Assembly (NCBI GenBank): GCA_002269645.1
Contig: NIVC01000391.1
Coordinates: 434,001-498,000 of the forward strand
DNA: 64,000 bases
Direction: 5' to 3'
Origin: Macrostomum lignano
Taxonomy: Eukaryota
Positions 1 to 14,933 of this stretch are shown piece after piece (position 1 is the stretch's first letter; every line of letters begins with the position of its first letter). The notes below the pieces were generated by a model. The model was not told the origin of the DNA, ran no database searches, and saw nothing but the letters and a program-made list of their open reading frames with translations. Position numbers and translations under genes: made by a program.

Positions 1-13
1 AAAATCTCTAATT

Positions 14-1333
14 TCACAACTCAGCTTCGTCCACGCCGTCAGCTTCCGAACGCTTGGCCGCCGCCAGCGCCGCCACGTGCAGCCGCTTTCGGCCTTTGAT
101 CATGCCGACACCGGGCGGCGCGGGCTCCGCGTCTTCAATGAGCTCGGAGCTGCCAGCCAGAGTGTCTGCGCGGCGCGTTTGCTGGAAGGCGACCGGCGTG
201 GCGCTGGTGGAGCGCTGGCCGTGACGCTGGGCGGCCTGCGTGTATGTTGTGGTGAACCGGCCGCCTCCTCTGTACTGGCTCTTCTCCCGGCAGAAGATTC
301 TGTACAGAATCTGCATCGCCTTCTGTCGGAAGACCTTGCCTGCGGCGCAGTAAAACACCCAGTTGAGCGAGGCGTTCAGGAAGCAGATGGAGCGGAACAG
401 GTAATAATAGAACTTGTGCAGACTCTTGGCGATGCTCTTGCCGACCTGGTTGTCCTTCACAAAGTTCAAGTACATCATGTAGATGAGCAGCGGGAAGGTG
501 GTGAACAGGTAGAACAGGTTCATGGACACCAGCAGGCGGGTCACGTGCGCGTTCTGGTCGGAGCCGTGCCGCCGGCCGCCGATCACCGCTGGCTGCGGGA
601 CGCCACCGCCTCCGTCGCTGCCGCGGCCGTCTTTGGTCTTGGCGGCTTTGAAGTTGCCCCGGCGGTAGCGAATCAGCCGGTAGGAGATGCAGCCGGTGGA
701 CACCACCATGGAGGCCAGCGGGATGATGCCCCAGGCGATCAGGTGCACCAGCGTGGTCACGTAGTAGAACCACTTGTCAACTGGCTCGCAGTCGGACTTC
801 CTGCCGATGTGCCAGTAGATGAGGTAGGTGATGTTGGGGAACAGCAGCAGGAAGGTCATGGTGGCCCACGTGGTCATCACCCGCTTGGTGTTGAGGATGG
901 TTCTGGAGCGCAGCGGGGAGGCGATGAAGACCAGACGCTGGATGGACATGGCAGCCTGGTTGTAGGCGCTCCAGTGGAAGAAGAAGCTGCTGAAGTAGGA
1001 CTGCAGCTTGCAGATGACGACGCCCTGGTCGATGTAGTCGTAGCCGAAGGCCAGCTTCAGGAACAGGCGCAGCACGTCCCAGATGAGGATCATGAAGTCG
1101 CCGAAGCAGATGCTCACCAGCCAGACTTGGATGATCTTCGGGAACATCCGCGACATGAAGATGAACAGCATGCAGAACACGGCGCCGAATGTGCCGATGG
1201 TGAGGATCAGCGGCAGGTACCAGATGAGGAAGTACCTGGTCAGACCGCTGAGCATCCGCATGCCGAACTCCTCTTCGAGCTGCATGTCCGTCTTGTTGCC
1301 GACGGTTTCCACGGAGCTGTTCAGCAGCGACAT
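14..1333 (-). CDS. Orphan rhodopsin-like (class A) GPCR, peptide-receptor-like, single coding exon
   Basis: Seven hydrophobic segments, a TM3-end SIQRL motif (DRY-equivalent), a TM7 NASLNWVFY motif (NPxxY-equivalent), N-terminal N-glycosylation sequons (NSS, NKT), and an extracellular Cys pair (ICKL/SDCEP). The ORF track starts at 1423. The Met at 1333 is preferred because a CAG acceptor-like site lies 16 nt upstream of it. Confidence 0.9.
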   Translation of the reverse strand: MSLLNSSVETVGNKTDMQLEEEFGMRMLSGLTRYFLIWYLPLILTIGTFGAVFCMLFIFMSRMFPKIIQVWLVSICFGDFMILIWDVLRLFLKLAFGYDYIDQGVVICKLQSYFSSFFFHWSAYNQAAMSIQRLVFIASPLRSRTILNTKRVMTTWATMTFLLLFPNITYLIYWHIGRKSDCEPVDKWFYYVTTLVHLIAWGIIPLASMVVSTGCISYRLIRYRRGNFKAAKTKDGRGSDGGGGVPQPAVIGGRRHGSDQNAHVTRLLVSMNLFYLFTTFPLLIYMMYLNFVKDNQVGKSIAKSLHKFYYYLFRSICFLNASLNWVFYCAAGKVFRQKAMQILYRIFCREKSQYRGGGRFTTTYTQAAQRHGQRSTSATPVAFQQTRRADTLAGSSELIEDAEPAPPGVGMIKGRKRLHVAALAAAKRSEADGVDEAEL

Positions 1334-2221
1334 GCTGTCGAGTTCGGCCCTGGCGGTGGATTGGGAACAGGATCCAGGATACGAAGGATCAGAGACGAGC
1401 GCTATGAGGATAGAAATCCTCATTGCCGAGCGCCTTTTCTACCCTTGCGGATGCGGATATCCCATTGGCTGCCCCCCCCGGGCCTCATTTGCTTTGCCGC
1501 TTGTTAATCAACTGATGATCGCCGCAGGGGCTCGCAGACTTCGCGCAGTAATTACGAGCTACTTTTCTCTTTCTGAAGGCGGCAAAAATCACCAATTTCG
1601 CGATTGAAACAGTCTGGAAAAGGCTATTTTTAGAAACCAGATTTCGAGTCTGAAAGAAAGCTGCTCCATCTACCTAGGGGGTTTGTCGCAGAGTGTGAGA
1701 ATGAAGTGATGGAGAAAATCATATTGCTAAATCAAAGCCCTGAGTCTGAGTAGCTTCTCTCTTGCCATTGAAGTCTTTGATCACATTTAGTTCGATCCCT
1801 GAAATGTGTGTTAAAACCGGCTTTGGCAGACGGACTGTTTCACGACTTGGATCAACCAGTGGGTGGCTTCAAAGCACAGGGAGAGGTGGGCTGACGCCCC
1901 CGACTGCCGGCAATCCCGCGCGGCTGTCCCCTGTTCTCCCCCGCCCTCCGCAGGGCCCTGCTTGGACTCAACCGCAGGGACATCTGGGCGGTGACCATGG
2001 CCCTCTCGCTACCTTCAGGCAGGTAAAAATCCGCTGGGAGGAATGCCCTTTCTGCATTCCTGTCAGAGTGTCGAGAATGCGAAGCACTTCATCCGCCTTT
2101 ACTCAGGACAGGCTCACCTCGGCCCACACCCGGACCTCTCCGATTTTTTTTCAAAATCTTTGCCTGAGGGCTACCGGGCGAGCGACCATCCACCTCCTGG
2201 ACTCTCCTGGGCATATATACA

Positions 2222-2470
2222 TGTAGGTCACTGTTATGACTGGCATCTATAGGTCACTGTTATGACTGGCATCTATAGGTCACTGTTATGACTGGCATCT
2301 ATAGGTCACTGTTATGACTGGCATCTATAGGTCACTGTTATGACTGGCATCTATAGGTCACTGTTATGACTGGCATCTATAGGTCACTGTTATGACTGGC
2401 ATCTATAGGTCACTGTTATGACGGGCATTTATAGGTCACTGTTATGACTGGTAACTATAAATCACTGTTA
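2222..2470. repeat. 26-bp tandem repeat (ATAGGTCACTGTTATGACTGGCATCT), about 9 copies
   Basis: Directly visible periodicity. Confidence 0.95.
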
Positions 2471-3012
2471 TTCTTACCTGATAATTTGCTCACCAGAAAG
2501 CATTGCTGCTACGAGCATATATTCTAAATAAGAATTTAAAGTTAAAGGGTTTTCACTACGGCGGCTACATGTCACAGTAGCCACTGTCTGTCCTACACTG
2601 TGAATGCAGGCCCGTTGGCAGCACGGGCACACAGCGGTTATTCAAGCCGCAACCCCAGTTGATATTTCACTATGATTGCTGGGCCGGCATGAGTCAGCTG
2701 GCCATGCACGCGGTGGCCGCCAGCACAGCACTGCGGGCGCGAGCTGCCAGAGAGGGAGCGGAAGGGGGTGGGTCAACATTGTCAGTCGCATTGTCAGTCA
2801 CCCGCCGCGGTCGGAGTCAGCTTGGCCCCCCCACCCCATTCCAAATCTAAGCTGCAGGGCCCATTGTTCCGGCCGGGCATTGACTGTGTATGGTGGATAT
2901 GAGAAGATTTCTATTGTCGCATGCGCTCGCGAATGCGATGGCTGGGCACAGGAAGCACAGTGCGATTGGCCATGATTAGTTCTGCTGATTGATATGCTAA
3001 TGCTGCTGCCGT

Positions 3013-4270
<1,258 letters not shown>

Positions 4271-4317
4271 CCTGAGGTTACACGTCATTCACAAAAAGAG
4301 TTTTAAGTAAATATAGC

Positions 4318-4528
4318 ATTTCCCGGTCAATTTGGTCCTAGAATCACTCAATTTAATCCGCAATAGAGAATTCCAATTCATTCCGCCATCACTAGAGATA
4401 TGTCTATGGCCAAATATGCTGTTTCGTTCCACTCAATTTAATCCTGGGGGCACTTATTTTGCGTATTTATTTTAAAAGCCGTTAATAAGCAAGAATGAGT
4501 GATTCTAGAACCAAATTGACCGGGAAAT
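4318..4528. mobile_element. Small MITE-like element with about 33-bp terminal inverted repeats
   Basis: ATTTCCCGGTCAATTTGGTCCTAGAATCACTCA at 4318 and its near-perfect reverse complement ending at 4528; TA-rich flanks. Confidence 0.6.
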
Positions 4529-4844
4529 AAGTATAATTCTACTTTTTTTAAGAAGTAGATTTCGCAAAAAAAAGATTTTAGCGTTGCTCAGAATGAAGTT
4601 TTGTCATAGACGAAGTAGATCGAGAAAAATCCGCCTAAAATACCCTAAACAGATAGGAGCAATTGAACTTTCTCCTTAACTTTGCCTGCTTGCTGGTCTT
4701 CATTAGCTTTTTCGAACAAATACCTGTGCTTAAAAACCTGTGTGCTTTGCTGCTTCATTTTGCAATTCTGAAGTTCAGACGGCCTCCAGCAAAAGTTGCA
4801 CGAGTTGCGGATGCCAGCGTCCTTCTGCTTCTGCTGTTCCACAG

Positions 4845-6325
4845 ACTGTGCAGAGTCTGAGCAGGGTCTGAGCAGGGTCTGAGCAGGGTCTGAGCAGGGT
4901 CTGAGCAGGGTCTGTGCAGAGTCTGAGCAGGGTCTGAGCAGGGTCTGAGCAGGGTCTGAGCAGGGTCTGAGCAGGGTCTGAGCAGAGTCTGAGCAGGGTC
5001 TGAGCAGGGTCTGAGCAGGGACTGAGCAGGGTCTGAGCAGGTTCTGAGCAGGGTCTGAGCAGGGTCTGAGCAGGGTCAGAGCAGGGTCTTGGCAGGGTCG
5101 GTGCATTGTCTGAGTAGGGTCTGAGCAGGGTCTGAGCAGGGTCTGTGCAGAGTCTGAGCAGGGTCTGAGCAGAGTCTGAGCAGGGTCTGAGCAGGGTCTG
5201 AGCAGGGTCTGAGCAGGGTCTGAGCAGGGTCTGAGCAGGGTCGGTGCATTGTCTGAGTAGGGTCTGAGCAGGGTCTGAGCAGGGTCTGAGCAGGGTCTGA
5301 GCAGGGTCTGAGCAGGGTCTGAGCAGGGTCGGTGCATTGTCTGAGTAGGGTCTGAGCAGGGTCTGAGCAGGGTCTGAGCAGGGTCTGAGCAGGGTCTGTG
5401 CAGAGTCTGAGCAGGGTCTGAGCAGAGTCTGAGCAGGGTCTGAGCAGGGTCTGTGCAGAGTCTGAGCAGGGTCTGAGCAGAGTCTGAGCAGGGTCTGAGT
5501 AGGGTCTGAGCAGGGTCTGAGCAGGGTCTGAGCAGGGTCTGAGCAGGGTCGGTGCATTGTCTGAGTAGGGTCTGAGCAGGGTCTGAGCAGGGTCTGAGCA
5601 GGGTCTGAGCAGGGTCTGAGCAGGGTCTGTGCAGAGTCTGAGCAGGGTCTGAGCAGAGTCTGAGCAGGGTCTGAGCAGGGTCTGAGCAGGGTCTGAGCAG
5701 GGTCTGAGCAGGGTCTGTGCAGAGTCTGAGCAGGGTCTGAGCAGGGTCTGAGCAGGGTCTGAGCAGAGTCTGAGTAGGGTCTTGGCAGGGTCGGTGCATT
5801 GTCTGAGTAGGGTCTGAGCAGGGTCTGAGCAGGGTCTGAGCAGGGTCTGTGCAGAGTCTGAGCAGGGTCTGAGCAGGGTCTGAGCAGGGTCTGTGCAGAG
5901 TCTGAGCAGAGTCTGAGCAGTGTCTGAGCAGGGTCTGAGCAGGGTCTGTGCAGAGTCTGAGCAGGGTCTGAGCAGGGTCTGAGCAGGGTCAGAGCAGGGT
6001 CTTGGCAGGGTCGGTGCATTGTCTGAGTAGGGTCTGAGCAGGGTCTGAGCAGGGTCTGAGCAGGGTCTGTGCAGAGTCTGAGCAGAGTCTGAGCAGGGTC
6101 AGAGCAGGGTCTTGGCAGGGTCGGTGCATTGTCTGAGTAGGGTCTGAGCAGGGTCTGAGCAGGGTCTGAGCAGGGTCTGTGCAGAGTCTGAGCAGAGTCT
6201 GAGCAGTGTCTGAGCAGGGTCTGAGCAGGGTCTGTGCAGAGTCTGAGCAGGGTCTGAGCAGGGTCTGAGCAGGGTCAGAGCAGGGTCTTGGCAGGGTCGG
6301 TGCATTGTCTGAGTGGGGTCTGAGC
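4845..6325. repeat. 11-bp satellite (GCAGGGTCTGA) with recurring variant units
   Basis: Directly visible; translates as LLRPCSDPAQT in several minus-strand frames. Confidence 0.97.
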
Positions 6326-6959
6326 CATGGATGAATAATATAACTGGATCGCATAAAGCTAAATTTTGGTTTTAGCTCTAGACAAGCACCAGCATCACAA
6401 GAAGCGCAGAACGCCGTACTTTCACGCGAATGGTCCGAGTGGTCAAGTACGGCATTCTGCAATCATATCGGCTTCTGTTGTCCATGACGCAAAGCGTCCA
6501 AGATTTCTAGGATCTTTACTAGGAAATTAATCAGATTTAATCATTTAATTGCCTAAAGATAAAAAATGCGGTCAATTTAAGATACGAGTATTTAATAAAA
6601 GTAAGATCAGAGTGGTTCACTGACGGATGTGAGGAATGACTGCATAGGGGGCTTTGGGTTGCTAGCAAAACACACAGGTGTGGTAAATTATTGGATATGG
6701 ATAAACTTTCACAGTGATGTTTGCGCAGTCAGACGCGCCGATTCAAAGTCAAATATTATACTAAGTAACGAACCGTATAACTGTGTACGGACAGATCAAA
6801 TATGGATTCGGCCTGTGGCCATCGGTCAGCTTGGCCAACACTGGGCCAAAGCCAGACTTGGAAAACATTTTCAACTTGCCTTGCCAAGTCAGCATGGCAG
6901 GCTGGTGAGTTGCTCAGGAGCTCAACTCTGGCGACTTTGGGGGTTGTTTCAGCTGTGAT

Positions 6960-7690
6960 GTCCGCTACTCTGGTCGAGAGTGTCCGCCACCCTGTCCGAG
7001 AATGTCAGCTACCCTGTCCGAGAATATCAGCTACCCTGTCCGAGAGTGTCAGCTACCCTGTCCGAGAATATCAGCTACCCTGTCCGAGAATGTCAGCTAC
7101 CCTGTCCGAGAATGTCAGCTACCCTGTCCGAGAATGTCAGCTACCCTGTCCGAGAATGTCAGCTACCCTGTCCGAGAATGTCAGCTACCCTGTCCGAGAA
7201 TGTCAGCTACCCTGTCCGAGAGTGTCAGCTACCCTGTCCGAGAATGTCAGCTACCCTGTCCGAGAGTGCCCGCCACCCTGTCCGAGAATGTCAGCTACCC
7301 TGTCCGAGAGTGTCAGCTACCCTGTCCGAGAGTGTCAGCTACCCTGTCCGAGAGTGTCAGCTACTCTGTCCGAGAATGTCAGCTACCCTGTCCGAGAATG
7401 TCAGCTACTCTGTCCGAGAATGTCAGCTACCCTGTCCGAGAGTGTCAGCTACCCTGTCCGAGAGTGTCAGCTACCCTGTCCGAGAGTGTCAGCTACTCTG
7501 TCCGAGAATGTCAGCTACCCTGTCCGAGAATGTCAGCTACTCTGTCCGAGAATGTCAGCTACCCTGTCCGAGAGTGTCAGCTACCCTGTCCGAAAATATC
7601 AGCTACTCTGTCCGAGAATGTCCGCTATCCTGTCCGAGGGTATCAGCTACCCTGTCCGAAAGTGTCAGCTACTCTGTCCGAGTGTATTCA
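6960..7690. repeat. 22-bp tandem repeat (CAGCTACCCTGTCCGAGAATGT)
   Basis: Directly visible periodicity. Confidence 0.95.
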
Positions 7691-8079
7691 CTACCTTTTT
7701 GATCTGCCCTTACCAAAAGTACATCTTCTGCTAATGATTAGATGTGGAATCGCAAAAACAGCCTCTTTTATCGGATTCCGCTACAAGTTAATTGGCTAAT
7801 TTTTTATTTACCCCAGTCGCACTAATTAGCATGGAATCCTCATTGCTCGTTGAAAATCGGTAGTTCACCTGGACCTGAGCAAGCAAAATAGTCCTAGTTA
7901 ATTAGGTAATAAAAAACCAGTTTTCCGATTCATCGCATAAATTCTTTGAGACGAAGTTAATTCTTTTGATGTCCAAATGCTCAGTCGCGATCAGAATGAC
8001 CTAATTTGCAGGAGCCCCAGTCTGAACTTGCCAGACAAAGAGCCTAAGAATGAGGAATACTACGGGACACAGGTCAGAC

Positions 8080-8275
8080 AGTGACAGCATTGCTGTTAGA
8101 CAGGGACAGCATTGCTGTTAGACAGGGACAGCATTGCTGTTAGACAGTGACAGCATTGCTGTTAGACAGTGACAGCATTGCTGTTAGACAGCGACAGCCT
8201 AGCTGTTAGACGGTGTCAGAATTGCTGTTAGACAGTGACAGCATTGCTGTTAGACAGTGACAGCCTAGCTGTCAT
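8080..8275. repeat. 22-bp tandem repeat (GACAGCATTGCTGTTAGACAGT)
   Basis: Directly visible periodicity. Confidence 0.9.
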
Positions 8276-8605
8276 ACATTAACGGCCCGTATACCAGTTA
8301 GGAAACCACGGACTACTTAATTAGTCCGTGTAGGAAACGACTGCGACCCTGTCAGAAAATTTCAGTATTCACTATCGAAATTGATTTAAAAATGACGCAA
8401 AGAAAAACTCACTAATGGCGGTGACTGCTTTATGAATAAACAGCAATAGCAGGGTCTGAAAAATCTTACAGTTTAGAATTAGAGAAATTATTAGTGCGAA
8501 TAGCTGGCATAATTAACATAGAAAACTTTAAACAAATAATTCGACAGTTCGACACTTGTTACTGATCGATAGCAATAATGAGTAGTATAGGCCGAGCCAG
8601 GATTT

Positions 8606-10185
<1,580 letters not shown>

Positions 10186-11347
10186 GATTGCAACTCGTTT
10201 TCTTCGTTTTAAACTATACGAATAATTGCAGCTAAGATGAAAGCTGAGGTACCGTTTAAAAAAGCTTGGCTTGAAGCCACAGTAGTCATAGTAACAATGG
10301 GCTGAGCGAGCGTACACTGCAAGTTGAGCAGAGCTGACCTGAATGAGGCTGGGAAATGTTCATTGAGCCGCATGGACTGGGTAGAACTCTTCTCTATGCA
10401 AGCTTTTCTTTCTGGCTCTTTTTAAAGCGTTTCATTCCTTGGCTGAACTGCACCTCGCGACCTGTTCAGTGGAGCATGAATGTACTTAGTTTTCCAGAGT
10501 GCGTAGGCTGCTTGGGTTGAAGCGCTCTACATTCGTCCGCCGTCACTGGCTCTAATCAAAGTTAATCTGCTGACGACTTATTTAAGCATATGGGTAAAAT
10601 TGGTAAAAAATTTTTGTCTGGCCCGTATATTTCACTGCGAGAGCAAAAGGAATGAATGGATTCAGTAAGTAACGTTTCGGAACACAGAATGATGGCTGGA
10701 GAAGTTCATCAATATTTACCACAAGTACATGGTCAGCTCTTCTGCGTCAGTTCCCGAATCATTTGGAATGCTTGGGTTGTACAATTCTGCGTCAATCAAC
10801 TGCTGCAGAAACTCCTCATAGTATTAGCTTCTTTGAAGAAGAAGAGGAAGAATTTATGGTTCTACATGCAGCTCGATCGCTACTCAAAATAGTACATTCT
10901 TATTAATTTGCACATTACATGTACATGTGCATGTAGTGCACAGAAATTCTCCTTATGAACTGCATGCACGAGCGTACAGGTGATTTTGACGTTCTGACAT
11001 CAAATGATTCCGGGCCGTCGACCATTTAAATTTTAATACGTTGTGATCAGAGGCGTCGCCACGGGGGGGGGACAGAGGGGGACGTGTCCCCCCCCTCCCC
11101 CAGTAAAAGGTAAAAGATATGGGGGGACATACCCTCCTTGTGCCCCACCCCACCTTGTGACGCGTTATGGAAATCAATAATTTTGCTGCAGGGCGACAAA
11201 AAATAGCGTCTGCGGCGCCAAAATGATTACCTGCGGCCCCAAAATGAGTGCCTGCGGCGCCAGAATGATCGTGCCTGCGGCGCTAAAATGAGTGCCTGCG
11301 GCGTCAAAAATAAGTGTCTGTAGCGCTAAAATGAGCGCTGACAACAC

Positions 11348-12558
11348 TGTAGTGTGAGCATCTTTGCGTGTATTTTGTTGTAAATTGACTGCATTAGTTT
11401 CTATATTGTCATTGAATTGTTATTTTGCTTTAGTTTAGTCATGCGTTTTTGATGTACTTTTTCTTGTTAGTTGGAATCTAAATTTGTAAACAGGTTAGAG
11501 TTAGACGCCATCTGTGACTCAGCGGAGGGTTGAGTTTTGTCTGCGAACCCCAGCTTTGCGCGGTCAGCCAATCAGAACCGACCTGGACCCTGGCACGCGG
11601 CAAGTTCCAGTTCTACCCGGCGCCGCGGGCACAGTTCAATTCGGCTTAAGCAAGCGGCCGGCCAGACGACCACCACCCGGCTTGAGGGGGTTTTGAGGGG
11701 TTGTGACTCTGACTATATATGAAAGTGTGTTTGGCAATCGGATCTCACTTTTTTTCCTTCTCTCTCCTTTTCCCCGGTTTTGTCTTGTCCAGTTCCCGGC
11801 CGGTGGCCCGACTTTTCCTCCCTTGTTGGTTCGCGCTTTGAGGCGTTTTGATTTCATCACCCCCGGTCCATATCTTTGTTCCCGCCCAACCGCAGTAGTC
11901 TTGTGGCGTAACGTCTACGGCAAATTCCTGTCTGAAGTCGTCGCTATCAAGCGCGGTTAGATAGAGACTGTTGGATCTGATCAAGTACGCGGCCTCGACC
12001 CCGAGGGCCTCAGTGTTACACTGAAGGGCAGTGCCGATAGAATTTAGTCGGTACTCCGTTGAACGGTCGGTTCGGCAGGGCTCTCGTTTGAGAGTAGGTT
12101 CTGGCTTAGGCCAGGGGTTAGGAGTCTTCTCCGTGGTCCTGTGTTCGGTGCCTTCTTCTTCTTCTTCAGCTGAGATCCGCTTGCCAGTTGCGTAATTAAT
12201 TTATTAGTTATTAATCGTTATTATCATCTGTGTCAATTTATCTGCGCCGCGAATTGCATCTTGTAATTGAATCTTGTTAAATCTTGTAACTCAGCTAATC
12301 AAATTAAACCGTCAATCAAGTTAGTTATTCTTGAAATAGGATTATCACTCTCTAAATCTTTCGGTTTGTGTTTCCTCGTGTTCTTTATTTTCTTGTACTG
12401 TACCTGCGGCTATTGGAGAAGACTGGTAGAACTCGCCGACCGGCGATAGGCGATTAGGATTAATAGTTTTAAAATCTCCGAACGCTCCAAGTAGGTTTGT
12501 CTAGGGCCTAAATAATTGCTCACCGTGCATGCTATTATCTAATTGCCTATTTATCACA
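11348..12558 (+). repeat. 5' LTR
   Basis: Starts TGTAGTG and ends ATCACA; direct repeat of 20731-21941. Confidence 0.97.
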
Positions 12559-12560
12559 AG

Positions 12561-12578
12561 TGGAGCCCCTGGGAATCC
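12561..12578 (+). promoter_or_regulatory. Candidate primer-binding site (tRNA not assigned)
   Basis: TGGAGCCCCTGGGAATCC begins 2 nt after the 5' LTR; TGG is complementary to the tRNA CCA end. Confidence 0.7.
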
Positions 12579-13083
12579 AATAGTTAGCAGGCGGCAGTTT
12601 ATTGGTAGGCGCTCTAAGTGAGCAAGCTTGGACTAAAACTCAACGAGTCTGTTCCAGGCTCGTAGCGGCTATTTCGTCAACCACGCAGTGTGCAGCAATT
12701 CCGCATTAGGTGTGGTTTTGCGGTTGGCCAGTTACCCCAAAATACTGAATAGGATTTAGGAGTGGGTAAAATAAAATTGACTTTCTAAAACTAAAATTAT
12801 CACTTTAATAGAAACTTGCGTGTGAAAGTAGATTTTGTTTACAGTTTGAAATTTTATTAGTGTTTATTAGCATAGTCTGCGAGTGCGCGCACTAGAGAGT
12901 ACATTGGTTGAAATTGTCTCAGTGTACATTCAGTTTTCTTATCAGTTATTGCCAGTGCGAGCGAGGTAAACGATTCCGCTCATTAGATAAAATAGAAAGC
13001 TAGATTATTGAAATTGTTATAGCTTACAAGTTGTACTTTCTGAAGTTGCAGTAATAGAAATTCCAATTGGTTGAAACTTAGCA

Positions 13084-14316
13084 ATGGCGCAGGACGGAGA
13101 AAATAGTCAAGAATCGAAGTCAGTTGAGATTAGGAACGAAGGCGAAATAGATGAGGCCGAACATTTGAGAACAGTAGTGAGAGAACTGCAGGATCGCATA
13201 AGAAGAATGGAAACCGAAAATCCTGAACCTAGAGTGATTTTGAAGTCGCATAACAGCGTAGCAAAGCCCAAGCCATACCGACTTGGCTCAGATTTCGAAT
13301 TGTTTCTAAGAATCTTCAACAACTACTGTCAAGGCAACAGTATAGACGAATCGGCTAAAGTGTATCAACTATTGTCGCTCCTAGACGAAGACGCCTACAA
13401 GGTTTACATTAACTTAGGCCTAGCGAGCACCGAATCATTTGAAAGCATCGAAAAGACTTTAAAGGACAAATTTAAGCCCGTAGGACAGAAGGAAGAAGCG
13501 AAGCTAGAGCTGATGAACCGCAGGCAGAAGGAAGACGAATCGTTAGAAGAATTTTACGACGCACTAGTTGAATTAGTTAGGAAGGCAGGACTAGAGAATC
13601 AGGCTCGAGAGCGAGTTTCTGAACGATTTGAAGCCGGCATAGCAAATTATAAAGTCAGGCGCGCAGTTATTGCCTATCGCAGAACGCATGAATCGAAGTA
13701 TCAGACTCAAGATTTACTGACTGCAGCAAAGAACGAGGAGATCCTCGAAGAACTCGCAAATCCAGGCAGTCAAAAGAATAGGAAGAAGCAGGAGGGCTCA
13801 AATACTTTGACAGCTCAAGTAGAAAAAGAGCAGAAAAAGCCAGCACCCAGCGCGGACCAAGGCCATCAGTCATTTGGACCTCAGTTTGCTTCCCCAGCCA
13901 ATTATCCTTCGCAGTACCAATCGTACCAGAATTATCAGCCTCAGTTCGACTACAGGCAATGGCAACCCAGGTTCGCCCATAGACAAATGAACCCAAGCTA
14001 TAGGCCACAGGCACCAGTGCAGCCTCCGAATAGCTTTCGGCCACAGCATCACATGAGCAGTTACTCAAGACCCTATAATCGGCAGTCTTCGCTATTTGCC
14101 AGGCCCGCCATGACACGCCCGCCACGCTTTGGTCACGAGGCCGGAGGGGCCAATGACAGGTTCAAACCTTCGGGGGCGAACGCGCCAAATGCGAGAAAGG
14201 CCTGTTATGAGTGCGGCGAAGAAACTCACCTGGCTAGGGACTGCCCAGTTAGACGAAATTCTTTAAACTACCGACGGGGCGGCACCAAGGGAGGGCCAAC
14301 CGCCCCCAGCCATTAA
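13084..14316 (+). CDS. gag: Gag (capsid-like region, Q/P-rich linker, one CCHC zinc knuckle), 410 aa
   Basis: Contains the knuckle CYECGEETHLARDC (CX2CX4HX4C); first long ORF after the PBS. Confidence 0.95.
   Translation: MAQDGENSQESKSVEIRNEGEIDEAEHLRTVVRELQDRIRRMETENPEPRVILKSHNSVAKPKPYRLGSDFELFLRIFNNYCQGNSIDESAKVYQLLSLLDEDAYKVYINLGLASTESFESIEKTLKDKFKPVGQKEEAKLELMNRRQKEDESLEEFYDALVELVRKAGLENQARERVSERFEAGIANYKVRRAVIAYRRTHESKYQTQDLLTAAKNEEILEELANPGSQKNRKKQEGSNTLTAQVEKEQKKPAPSADQGHQSFGPQFASPANYPSQYQSYQNYQPQFDYRQWQPRFAHRQMNPSYRPQAPVQPPNSFRPQHHMSSYSRPYNRQSSLFARPAMTRPPRFGHEAGGANDRFKPSGANAPNARKACYECGEETHLARDCPVRRNSLNYRRGGTKGGPTAPSH
14262..14306 (+). promoter_or_regulatory. -1 programmed ribosomal frameshift signal
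   Basis: Slippery heptamer T TTA AAC (14262-14268) in phase with gag, a 7-nt spacer, then a GC stem of GGGGCGG (14276-14282) pairing with CCGCCCC (14300-14306). The -1 frame is open downstream. Confidence 0.85.
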
Positions 14317-14933
14317 ACCGATTCACTCCCAATAGAAGAGCTGCAGCAGTAGAAGATCAGCAAGTTAGCTCAGGCAATGTAGAATATGGCAATTTAGTTT
14401 GGTATAATTATTACAGAGGCTACGGATTCCTGCGAGATAGCAATAATAGAGATATTTTCTTTCATGTGACTAATACTAACATAGCAACTGATTACGAAAT
14501 TATGCATTTTCTGCGCCAGAGGGCGACAGTAAAATTTATTCGCACTAACGATACTACTCATAGTAGGAAACAGAGAGCGGTCAATGTTAAAATTTGCTCA
14601 AGCGAGGAACGCAGATTAGCAGAAATTAACAAACAGAAGTCAGCGAGCTTAGCTAGACAGTCAGAGGCATTGACGAAAGAATTAGAGAAACGAAGCGAAG
14701 CTGCGGCAGCTCAGAGAAGCGCATTAAACAGCATAGACTTGCGACTTAGTGAAGTAGAAGGAAAGAAAGCTTCAGCGGACGAATCAAAGGTAGTAAAAGA
14801 ATTATCAGATCTAAGAACCGAATTGAAGGACTTGCGCCAATGCTTGGTAGGAAAAGTCCAGAAGAATCAGCGAAAGAAGAACCTGACAAGAGTGCGACGA
14901 CAGCAGAACTTAGAGCTGAACTTAGGGAAATGA
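14262..14933 (+). CDS. -1 frame continuation of gag: cold-shock domain (about 14382-14594) followed by a coiled coil
   Basis: Translation reads EYGNLVWYNYYRGYGFLRDSNNRDIFFHVTNTNIATDYEIMHFLRQRATVKFIRTNDTTHSRKQRAVNVKI, with RNP1 (RGYGFL), RNP2 (DIFFH) and the C-terminal AxNV strand. The ORF track shows only 14466-14933 and so misses the N-terminal half of the domain. Confidence 0.82.
   Translation, partial: FKLPTGRHQGRANRPQPLNRFTPNRRAAAVEDQQVSSGNVEYGNLVWYNYYRGYGFLRDSNNRDIFFHVTNTNIATDYEIMHFLRQRATVKFIRTNDTTHSRKQRAVNVKICSSEERRLAEINKQKSASLARQSEALTKELEKRSEAAAAQRSALNSIDLRLSEVEGKKASADESKVVKELSDLRTELKDLRQCLVGKVQKNQRKKNLTRVRRQQNLELNLGK

Noticed and set aside
77-1607. Long plus-strand and alternative-frame ORFs over the GPCR
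   Set aside because: Shadow ORFs expected from GC3-rich coding sequence; no motifs.
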